In this document: in pieces, positions 44,501 through 52,258 of the stretch | Numbering within the stretch: the first letter of the stretch is position 1 | Layout of the letters: each line of letters starts with the position of its first letter | Assembly: GCA_035495435.1 (NCBI GenBank) | Contig: DATJFV010000046.1 | Coordinates: forward strand, 24,072-88,071 | Length of the DNA: 64,000 nt | Source: Pseudolysinimonas sp. | GTDB lineage: Bacteria > Actinomycetota > Actinomycetes > Actinomycetales > Microbacteriaceae | Reading direction: 5' to 3' | Notes under the pieces: model-generated | Databases searched by the model: none | What the model saw: only the letters and a program-made list of their open reading frames with translations | What the model was told of the DNA's origin: nothing | Translations under genes and position numbers: made by a program

Positions 44501-47271
44501 CGGTCGCACCCCAGGTCGGCGGGGGGTGCGGTGCCGATCAGGGTCGACCATTCGTCCGCGGTCAGGTCTCGGCCGGCAACCGCGCACACGGCCGTGCGCC
44601 ACTCGGTGGGCACCAGGCTGAGTCGGCTCACGGTCGAGGGTCGCGGGGGCGCGGCGATCTCCTGGGTCGACAGGATGAGGGCAGAGCCGTCGGGCGAGAA
44701 GGCCGCGATGGTGAAGCGGTTCTCCTGTTGGGGCACGGCGATCCGGCCGAATACCGTTCCGCTGCGTGCGAGGTCGAGCAGCTGCAGCGTGCCGGTCGAG
44801 CCCCCGGTCGCCAGCAGCCGGCCGTCGGCGCTCAGGGCGGGCGGCGGGTTCTGGTCGGCATCGGCGGGACGTGAGGACACCTCTGCGCCCGACGAGTCGA
44901 GCACCGTGTCGGTGCCGTCGGTGAACACGTGCAGGCGGGAGTCGCCGTCATAGGCCGCGGCGCTCGGGTCGGCGCTTTCGTAGAGGACCTCGCCGGAGGC
45001 GACGTCGACGACGCGCAGGCCGATGTCGGCGAACAGCGCGAACGCGGTCGACTGATCCGGTGCGATGCCGTAGATCAGCGGCAGCGGCCCGGGGAAGCGG
45101 TCGGCGAACGGTTTCGACGTCGTCTCGGCGCCATCGCGCTTCACGGTCATGACGGAGCCGTCGTCGGCGAGGACCGTGGCCGCGCCGGTCGAGGCGTCAG
45201 CGCGCACGCTGATCACGACTACCCCGTCGTCCAGCGGGATCGGGAGGGAGTCGGCGACCTCGAACGTCGTCGCGTCCGCCAGGTACAGCAGGTGATCGGT
45301 GGACGAGGCGACGGCGAACGTGGTGTCGTCCCACCATGCGGCCGCGGTCAGACCGAACGCGCCATCCGGGTCGATCGGCAGACCCTCCCCCGTGCTGAGG
45401 TCGACGGCCACCGGAGACCCCCCGGAGATCGCCTGCACGAGCACGCGGTCGCCGCTGTCGTTCACCGACATCACCTGCGGTCCGCAGGCCGTGCAGCCCT
45501 CGGGTACGGGCACCGCGAACTGCGTCGTGATCCGTCCCGCCTGCGACAGGTCCCAGACCAAGGCGAAGTCGCCGGTGCCGTTGACCAAAGTGTCACCGCG
45601 GAAGGTCAGCGTCTCGGCGTTCACGTTCCCGGCCCCCAGCAGCGCGATCGGCGGTTCCGGCAATGCATCGGGTGCACGCGCGGTGGACACATAGATCGCG
45701 CCCGTGTCCATCACGGCCAGCCGGGAGCCGGTGTCGTCGAGCGCCACGTCCAGCGACCCGGCGAGCTGGCTGGTGGCGACGCGATCCGCGGGATCTCCCT
45801 CGACGGTCCCGCCGTCGGACACCGAGCCGACGACGTTCCAGATCGAGTAGTTGACGGTCTTGTCCAGGGACCCGACGAGTGCGTTTCCGTCGCGCGACAC
45901 TCCGAAGACATTCGCGGCGATCCCCAGCGTGTGCTGGCCCGAGGCGATGACCGAGGCGTCGTCGAGCGAGATGCGCGCCCAGAATCCGGCCTGGTTGAAG
46001 GTGGTCAGCTCGTGATCGCCGAACCCGATGCGGCCGCCGAACGGCACGGTGCCGACGGACGTGTACACGCTCTCGCCCTGGTCCACCCCGCGGCGGAGGA
46101 GGGTCAGCCACGTGGATCGGTTCGAGACCGCCAGGTAGCTCCCGTCGGCCGAGAGCGCGACGAGGGTCGCCGGCGTCTCGTCCGCGGGAGGCGGCACGGT
46201 CGCTTCAGTGTCTCCGGCCGGGGTGACGATGCGCACCGCGTCGTCGCCGGCGACCGCGGCGACATCGGCACCGTCATCCGACACCGCGATCCAGCCGACG
46301 GGAGCGTTGAGGTCGGCCAGGACGGTGCGCTCGGCCCCGTCCCAGCGCGAGACGGCCCCGGAGGCGTCCCCGGTGAAGACGGTGCCGTCGGCGGCGACGG
46401 CGGTCGCGTTGACGCGCGCACCGACCGCGAGGGTCCTGACCAGTTGCGGACTGGTGGTCGCCAGCTGGAACAGCGCCGCCCGGGTCTGTGCGTCGTCGTT
46501 CATCCGCTGGGCCTCGACCGCGAGCAGCGATGCGGTCTGCAGGTCGGTGGCACTCAGCGTGATCGCTTGTGCCGCCAGCTGCCGGGCCAACGCGATGCGC
46601 GCCTGCTCCGCGGCTGCGTTGCCGTTCACCACAGCGATGACGGTGGCGACGAGGGATGCCACGAGTAGCGCCGAGAGCGCGATCACCCCGCCACGCGCGA
46701 GACGCAGTGCGCGGCGGCGCTGCTGCACGTTCTCGCCGATCAGCTCGTCGCGCTCCATGCCGCGGATGGCGGACGCGAGGTCGGCCACGCGCTCGTTGAA
46801 CCGGGGGTCTGCGGTGCCGAGCGACCCCTCCGCCTCGAACCAGGGCATCTCGACCCAGCGCGGCTCCTCGGGGAACGCCTTCGAGAGCGCCCGGTTGACC
46901 GCCGTCGACCGCTTCCAGTCGAAGTCGTTCGTCTTCGGGTCCCAGTACATCTCGCCCTCGTCGAGGACGAGCAGGATGCGGTCAGCCGACTTGTGCTCGA
47001 GCCACCAGGTGATCTCGGTGGTCACGTACTGCGACGCGGCGGACTTCGGGCTGCACAGCAGGATGAACCAGTCAGCCTCGGTCAGCCCGCGCTCGATGTT
47101 CGACCAGAGGCCCGTGTTGGCCGACATTGTCGCGTCGTCGAGGAACACCCGCGACGAGCGCAGTCGGTACCAGGGCTTCGCGAACCGCTCGATGCCGTTG
47201 CGCAGGGCGACCGCGAGCCCGCTCGACGCCGAGCGCGAGTAGGAGATGAAGGCGTCGAACCGGGCTGCCAC
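44497..47271 (-). CDS. TIR-domain protein with a single TM helix and a large C-terminal beta-propeller (WD40-like) region
   Basis: GTG start. TIR motifs FDAFISYSRS and DWFILLCSPKSAASQYVTTEITWW. TM helix GVIALSALLVASLVATVIAVV preceded by QQRRRALRLAR. More than 10 blade-like DG repeats. C-terminal CAVAGRDLTADEW...C motif. Confidence 0.85.
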   Translation of the reverse strand: MAARFDAFISYSRSASSGLAVALRNGIERFAKPWYRLRSSRVFLDDATMSANTGLWSNIERGLTEADWFILLCSPKSAASQYVTTEITWWLEHKSADRILLVLDEGEMYWDPKTNDFDWKRSTAVNRALSKAFPEEPRWVEMPWFEAEGSLGTADPRFNERVADLASAIRGMERDELIGENVQQRRRALRLARGGVIALSALLVASLVATVIAVVNGNAAAEQARIALARQLAAQAITLSATDLQTASLLAVEAQRMNDDAQTRAALFQLATTSPQLVRTLAVGARVNATAVAADGTVFTGDASGAVSRWDGAERTVLADLNAPVGWIAVSDDGADVAAVAGDDAVRIVTPAGDTEATVPPPADETPATLVALSADGSYLAVSNRSTWLTLLRRGVDQGESVYTSVGTVPFGGRIGFGDHELTTFNQAGFWARISLDDASVIASGQHTLGIAANVFGVSRDGNALVGSLDKTVNYSIWNVVGSVSDGGTVEGDPADRVATSQLAGSLDVALDDTGSRLAVMDTGAIYVSTARAPDALPEPPIALLGAGNVNAETLTFRGDTLVNGTGDFALVWDLSQAGRITTQFAVPVPEGCTACGPQVMSVNDSGDRVLVQAISGGSPVAVDLSTGEGLPIDPDGAFGLTAAAWWDDTTFAVASSTDHLLYLADATTFEVADSLPIPLDDGVVVISVRADASTGAATVLADDGSVMTVKRDGAETTSKPFADRFPGPLPLIYGIAPDQSTAFALFADIGLRVVDVASGEVLYESADPSAAAYDGDSRLHVFTDGTDTVLDSSGAEVSSRPADADQNPPPALSADGRLLATGGSTGTLQLLDLARSGTVFGRIAVPQQENRFTIAAFSPDGSALILSTQEIAAPPRPSTVSRLSLVPTEWRTAVCAVAGRDLTADEWSTLIGTAPPADLGCDR

Positions 47272-47291
47272 GCCCCGAGACTAGCGGGGCG
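47271..47291 (-). promoter_or_regulatory. stem-loop abutting the TIR start codon, with a -10-like TAGTCT in its loop (possible leaderless promoter)
   Basis: CGCCCCG/CGGGGCG 7-bp stem. On the minus strand TAGTCT (47283-47278) ends 6 nt before the GTG. No Shine-Dalgarno sequence is visible. Confidence 0.3.
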
Positions 47292-47296
47292 GGTTT

Positions 47297-47393
47297 CGAT
47301 ACGCGGCCTGCGGCCGCTCCTCAACCAGCGATACGGCGGCCTGCGGCCGGTACTCAACCAGCGATACGCGGCCTGCGGCCGCTACTCAACCAG
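47297..47393 (-). repeat. three tandem 32-33-bp copies of the ispG 3' end plus a GC hairpin
   Basis: Units at 47297-47328, 47329-47361 and 47362-47393. Minus-strand unit CTGGTTGAGTAGCGGCCGCAGGCCGCGTATCG. The third unit contains the real ispG stop (47386-47388). Each unit carries a GCGGCC-gca-GGCCGC hairpin (CCGGCC-gca-GGCCGC, 5 bp, in the middle copy). Confidence 0.85.
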
Positions 47394-48540
47394 CGGTGAC
47401 GACCTCGGGGCTGCCCAGCTCGCCGGGAGGCATCTCGGCCGCGAGACGGTTCGCCTCCTCGATGAGGGTCTGCACGATCTCCGACTCGGGGACCGTCTTG
47501 ATCACCTCACCCTTGACGAAGATCTGGCCCTTGCCGTTGCCCGAGGCGACGCCGAGGTCGGCCTCACGGGCCTCCCCCGGACCGTTGACGACGCAGCCCA
47601 TCACCGCGACGCGCAGCGGCACCGTCATGCCCTGCAGTCCCTCGGTGACGTCGTTGGCGAGCGTGTAGACATCGACCTGCGCCCGTCCGCACGAGGGGCA
47701 CGACACGATCTCGAGCTTGCGCTCGCGCAGGTTCAGCGACTGCAGGATCTGCAGGCCCACCTTCACCTCCTGCGCCGGCGGGGCGGACAGCGAGACGCGG
47801 ATGGTGTCGCCGATGCCCTCCGAGAGCAGGATGCCGAACGCGGTCGCGCTCTTGATCGTTCCCTGGAACTCGGGGCCGGCCTCCGTCACACCGAGGTGCA
47901 GCGGCCAGTCGCCGCGCTCAGCCAGCATGCGGTACGCCTTGACCATCACGACGGGATCGTTGTGCTTGACCGAGATCTTGAAGTCGTGGAAGTCGTGCTC
48001 CTCGAACAGCGACGCCTCCCAGACGGCGCTCTCGACGAGAGCCTCGGCGGTCGCCTTGCCGTACTTCTCCAGCAGGCGCGGGTCGAGCGAGCCCGCGTTG
48101 ACGCCGATCCGGATGCTGACCCCGGCATCCTTGGCGGCCTTCGCGATCGCGCCCACCTGGTCGTCGAACTTGCGGATGTTGCCGGGATTCACCCGCACGG
48201 CGCCGCAGCCGGCGTCGATGGCCTGGAACACGTACTTCGGCTGGAAGTGGATGTCGGCAATGACCGGGATCTGCGACTTCTTGGCGATGATGTGCAGCAC
48301 GTCGGCGTCGTCCTGCGACGGCACGGCCACACGCACGATGTCGCACCCCGATGCGGTGAGCTCGGCGATCTGCTGCAGCGTCGCGTTGATGTTCGTCGTC
48401 GGGGTGGTGCACATCGACTGCACGCTGACCGGGGCGTCGCCCCCGACCAGCACCTTGCCGACCTTGATCTGGCGGCTCTTGCGACGGGGTGCGAGGACTT
48501 CGGGGGCCGGTTTCGGCATCCCGATGTTGACGGCTGGCAT
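47386..48540 (-). CDS. ispG: 4-hydroxy-3-methylbut-2-en-1-yl diphosphate synthase
   Basis: I checked the track translation codon by codon against the DNA. Motifs SMCTTPT and CPSCGR. Confidence 0.97.
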   Translation of the reverse strand: MPAVNIGMPKPAPEVLAPRRKSRQIKVGKVLVGGDAPVSVQSMCTTPTTNINATLQQIAELTASGCDIVRVAVPSQDDADVLHIIAKKSQIPVIADIHFQPKYVFQAIDAGCGAVRVNPGNIRKFDDQVGAIAKAAKDAGVSIRIGVNAGSLDPRLLEKYGKATAEALVESAVWEASLFEEHDFHDFKISVKHNDPVVMVKAYRMLAERGDWPLHLGVTEAGPEFQGTIKSATAFGILLSEGIGDTIRVSLSAPPAQEVKVGLQILQSLNLRERKLEIVSCPSCGRAQVDVYTLANDVTEGLQGMTVPLRVAVMGCVVNGPGEAREADLGVASGNGKGQIFVKGEVIKTVPESEIVQTLIEEANRLAAEMPPGELGSPEVVTAG

Positions 48541-48558
48541 GCCCTCAGCCTACGGGCG

Positions 48559-49608
48559 TCAGCCCCGGATGTGCTGAGCCAGAGCGGCGTCGAACTCGGC
48601 CGGCTTGTCCAGGTGCGGGCCGTGGCCGCAGTCGTCCCAGGCGAGCTCGGTGTAGCTGCCGCCGCCGGCCCGGTAGCGCTCCAGCACCGCGCGCGTCTGG
48701 GTCACCATGGGCTGCGCGGGCGCGACCTCGTCACCCGGCCAGCCGGGGATGACGCCCAGCTGCCCCAGGTAGTTGATGTCGAAGAACGAGGTGTCCGACA
48801 CGATCGCGTCGTCGACACCGCGGATCCACAGCACGCGCGGCTTCACGGGGAGGTCGGCGATGCCCGACAGGTTGCAGTAGGCGGGCGCCATCGTGTTCAG
48901 GATGCCGCGGGTGCCGGCCGCGAATCCGGGCCACAGCTCGGTCGCCGCGGAGTCGCCCGGGTAGTTGTCGTCGCCGACCTTGGTCGACAGCATCGACTCG
49001 ACCCAGAGGTCCTCGTTGGGCACGTTCTCGGGGTGCTTGACGTAGGCGCTGCGGTACACGGCTCGCGGCGACACCTGGGGATCGTCGCTCGTGTCGCCGT
49101 CCTGCAGGCGCTTCACGAACTCCGGGTTCGCCGCGCCCCCGCCGACACCCGCGCCGACCGCGTCGTTGGGCGTGCCGCCGGGGCCGTGGGTGCCGCCGAA
49201 CCCGTAGGGCGAGACGGGCGACTCGAGGGTGACCGACTCGATGCGGGCCGCGTGGTCGAGCATCAGCTGCATCGTGACGCCGCCGCCCATGCTCCAGCCG
49301 ACGACGTGGAAGCGGTCGACCCCCAGTGCGTCGAGCACCGAGATCACATCGTCGGCGAAGTCGCGCAGGCCCCGGGTCGCGTCGACGGGGAGGGTCTCGC
49401 TGTCGCCGAAGCCGCGCAGATCGATGGCGAGAGCGCGCACGCCGGCGGGCAGGGCGAGCATCGTCGGCATGTAGAACTGCGCCGACGACACGTTGCCGTG
49501 GACGAACACCACGGGGACGCCCTCGCCGGCGCGCTCCAGCACGTTGGCGGTGAGTCGCGGGGTGGTCACCGAGTGGGCGACGATTCCGTCGAGCAGGGTG
49601 GCGGACAT
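48559..49608 (-). CDS. alpha/beta hydrolase
   Basis: Nucleophile elbow GWSMGG and oxyanion motif VFVHG. Confidence 0.85.
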   Translation of the reverse strand: MSATLLDGIVAHSVTTPRLTANVLERAGEGVPVVFVHGNVSSAQFYMPTMLALPAGVRALAIDLRGFGDSETLPVDATRGLRDFADDVISVLDALGVDRFHVVGWSMGGGVTMQLMLDHAARIESVTLESPVSPYGFGGTHGPGGTPNDAVGAGVGGGAANPEFVKRLQDGDTSDDPQVSPRAVYRSAYVKHPENVPNEDLWVESMLSTKVGDDNYPGDSAATELWPGFAAGTRGILNTMAPAYCNLSGIADLPVKPRVLWIRGVDDAIVSDTSFFDINYLGQLGVIPGWPGDEVAPAQPMVTQTRAVLERYRAGGGSYTELAWDDCGHGPHLDKPAEFDAALAQHIRG

Positions 49609-49637
49609 GGGAACTCCTTCGTTCGAGGGCGGGTGGG

Positions 49638-50504
49638 TCAGAGCAGTGAGCGGATGACGTCGGCGACCTGGCGTGCGCCGGGTTCCGCCATGACGATCGA
49701 GTAGTGGTTGACGTCGGCCACCTCGACGACGGCGAGTTGCGGGATGTCGGCGCGGAACTCCTCCATCCGACCGGGTGGGTACAGCGGCTCGGCGTTCAGC
49801 AGACCGCGAGGGGCACGCAGAGCGGTGACCGGCATCCGGAGTCCCCGCAGGGCGTCGAGGTACCAGTCCGGGCCGAACTGATCGCCGGAATCGACCAGCA
49901 CCGCCTCGCGCCGCGCCGACGGGCGAAGGCGCGGCGGCTCGCCGACGAGGTCGTAGCGCAGGTAGTCCTCGACCGCGGGGCCCCAGAGCTCAGTCATCGC
50001 CGGATGCTCGCGCCAGAACGCGAGATAGTCCTCGATACCGGCGAACTCCTGGTCGAGCCGGGCGAGAGCCGGGCCAAGCGCCGCCTGCAGCAACTCGGGC
50101 AGTGCCATGCCATCCGGCAGGACGAGCGGGAACCCGCCGTCGATGAGAACGAGACCCGACACCTCCGCGATGTCGGCCAGCGCCACCGCCGCGAACGCGC
50201 CCATGGAGTGTCCGACGACCACCGGCGAGCGCATGTCGTAGGTCTGCATCAGCGTCGCGAGATCCTCGGCGTGCTGACGCAGACCGTACGGCGGCGGCAG
50301 CTCGCGGCTGCGGGCACGCCCGCGCAGATCGGGGGCGAGGATGCGGTAGCCGCTCAGCTGCCCCGCCAACTCCAGGAAGGCACGGCTCGACGCGGTCACG
50401 CCGTGGATGGCAAGGATGGTGGGCGCACCGTCGTCGTCGGGGCCGAAGCGGTAGCCGTGCAACTCGCCGCCGCGCACATACGCCGTGAAGGGGCTGCCGG
50501 TCAT
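49638..50504 (-). CDS. alpha/beta hydrolase
   Basis: Start at ATG 50504, with an ATGA overlap with the SDR stop. Motifs ILAIHG and GHSMGA. Confidence 0.85.
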   Translation of the reverse strand: MTGSPFTAYVRGGELHGYRFGPDDDGAPTILAIHGVTASSRAFLELAGQLSGYRILAPDLRGRARSRELPPPYGLRQHAEDLATLMQTYDMRSPVVVGHSMGAFAAVALADIAEVSGLVLIDGGFPLVLPDGMALPELLQAALGPALARLDQEFAGIEDYLAFWREHPAMTELWGPAVEDYLRYDLVGEPPRLRPSARREAVLVDSGDQFGPDWYLDALRGLRMPVTALRAPRGLLNAEPLYPPGRMEEFRADIPQLAVVEVADVNHYSIVMAEPGARQVADVIRSLL

Positions 50505-51250
50505 CGTGCGCTCCACCCGCCGTCCATCAGGTGCGAGGCGCCGGTGACCATGCCGGCCTCGTCGCTGCAGAGCCACAGCACCTGCGCCGCCACCTCCTCG
50601 GGTTCGAGCAGGCGCTTGATCGAGGACTCGGTCAGCATCACTTTCTCGATCACCTCGGACTCCGGGATGCCGTGCACGCGCGCCTGGTCGGCGATCTGCT
50701 TCTCGACGAGCGGCGTGCGCACGTACCCCGGGTTGATGCAGTTGCTGGTGACCCCGTGCGGGCCGCCCTCGAGGGCCGTCACCTTGCTGAGCCCCTCGAG
50801 CGCGTGCTTCGCGGTCACGTAGGCCACCTTGTACGGGCTGGCGCGGACGCCGTGCACCGAGCTGATGTTGACCACGCGCCCCCAGCCGCGGGTGTACATC
50901 CCGGGCAGCACGGCGCGCGTCAGCAGGAAGGGCGCGGTGACCATGAGGTCGATCATCCGCCGGAACACCTCGGGCTCGAACTGCTCGATCGGCGCGATGG
51001 TCTGAACGCCCGCGTTGTTCACGAGGATGTCGGCATCGAGGGCGACGGATGCCAGCGCGTCCAGGTCGGCGAGGTCGAGCACCAGCGCCTCGCCCCCGAT
51101 CGCGGCGGCGGCCCGGTCGGCGCCCTCGGCATCCCGGTCGATAACGGTTACTCGTGCTCCGGCGCGTCCCAGCGCCGTCGCGGTCGCCAGGCCGATGCCG
51201 CTCGCGCCACCCGTGACGAGGGCGTGTCGACCCTCGAGCTGCGCTGCCAT
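50501..51250 (-). CDS. short-chain dehydrogenase, 3-hydroxybutyrate-dehydrogenase-like
   Basis: Start at ATG 51250. TGGASGIG, NNAG and YVTAKHA (YxxxK) motifs, ending ...DGGWSAR. Confidence 0.87.
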   Translation of the reverse strand: MAAQLEGRHALVTGGASGIGLATATALGRAGARVTVIDRDAEGADRAAAAIGGEALVLDLADLDALASVALDADILVNNAGVQTIAPIEQFEPEVFRRMIDLMVTAPFLLTRAVLPGMYTRGWGRVVNISSVHGVRASPYKVAYVTAKHALEGLSKVTALEGGPHGVTSNCINPGYVRTPLVEKQIADQARVHGIPESEVIEKVMLTESSIKRLLEPEEVAAQVLWLCSDEAGMVTGASHLMDGGWSAR

Positions 51251-51313
51251 GCAATGCACGCTAGTGCAGAGGAGGGGCCGCGAAACCCTTCCGGAATATG
51301 CAAATATGCAGAC

Positions 51314-52258
51314 GTGAGTTCGCAGTTCAGCGCCGACGATCTGCTCATCCTGCTCGCCGTCTCGCGCACCGGCCGGTTCACCTCGGCCGCACGCGAACTC
51401 GGTCTCAACCACACGACGATCGCTCGCCGGATCTCCGCGCTGGAAGACCGCCTCGGGGGCCGCGCTCTCGCGCGGGGCGGCCCGGGCTGGGTGCTCACCC
51501 CGCTCGGCGAACGCGCCGTGGCCGCGGCGGAACAGGTCGAGCAGGCGCTCGCCCCTTTCACGGAACCTGTCGACCGCGGGCTCAGCGGTCTCATCCGCCT
51601 GTCGGCCACCGACGGGTTCAGCGGTTTCATCGCCTCACCCGCGATGGCGGCGCTGCGCCGCCGGCATCCGGGCGTGACGTTGGAGATCATCACCGGCACT
51701 CGCCAGGCTTCGCCCCAGCGCGTGGGCGCCGACCTCGAGGTGGTCGTGGGCCGGCCGCAGGTGCGCCGCGCGGAGGCGGTGCAGCTCGGGGAGTACGTGC
51801 TCGGCCTCTACGCCTCACGCGACTACCTGCGCCGCCGGGGCACCCCGGCAACTCGCGCCGAACTGGCGGGGGCGCCGTTGATCTACTTCATCGAGTCGAT
51901 GCTGCAGGTCGACGCGCTCGACGACGCACGCCGCGCGGTGCCGGCGATGGTGGACGCGGTCGCGAGCACGAACGTCTACGTACACGTCGAAGCGACCCGT
52001 GGCGGGGCGGGGTTCGGTCTGCTGCCGGCGTTCCTCGCCGACCCGCACGACGACCTGGTGCGCCTGTTCCCGGACGAGGTGGAAGCCCGCCTGCCGTACT
52101 GGCTGGTCGCCCGTGCCGAGGCGCTGCGCCGGCCGGCGGTCGGCGCGTTCGTCGATGCCCTGCTCGCGCGGATGCGCGAGGTGCAGCCAGAGCTGCTGGG
52201 CGCAGGCAGCAGCGCGGCGGGCGCGGCGGGCGCGGCGACGACGGCTAGAACACGCTGA
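51314..52258 (+). CDS. LysR family transcriptional regulator
   Basis: GTG start. HTH region LAVSRTGRFTSAARELGLNHTTIARRISALE. Divergent from the SDR gene. The palindrome TGCACGCTAGTGCA (51255-51268) lies in the spacer. Confidence 0.85.
   Translation: MSSQFSADDLLILLAVSRTGRFTSAARELGLNHTTIARRISALEDRLGGRALARGGPGWVLTPLGERAVAAAEQVEQALAPFTEPVDRGLSGLIRLSATDGFSGFIASPAMAALRRRHPGVTLEIITGTRQASPQRVGADLEVVVGRPQVRRAEAVQLGEYVLGLYASRDYLRRRGTPATRAELAGAPLIYFIESMLQVDALDDARRAVPAMVDAVASTNVYVHVEATRGGAGFGLLPAFLADPHDDLVRLFPDEVEARLPYWLVARAEALRRPAVGAFVDALLARMREVQPELLGAGSSAAGAAGAATTARTR

Noticed and set aside
44501-44602. 34-codon N-terminal extension of the RyR-domain ORF, overlapping the 3' end of the TIR gene
   Set aside because: The extension is Arg/Pro-rich (MAHGRVRGCRPRPDRGR...). 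The internal ATG at 44500 gives the classic ATGA coupling and starts directly at the first TM helix.
47082-47357. 91-aa ORF spanning the ispG-TIR intergenic repeats
   Set aside because: It is Arg-rich, overlaps the TIR N-terminus in another frame and is composed largely of the repeat units. I take it to be an artefact.
47297-47393. Possible CRISPR array, given three 32-33-bp direct repeats
   Set aside because: The units are strictly tandem with no spacers. There are only three copies, one of which is the end of ispG, and no cas genes are present in the window.
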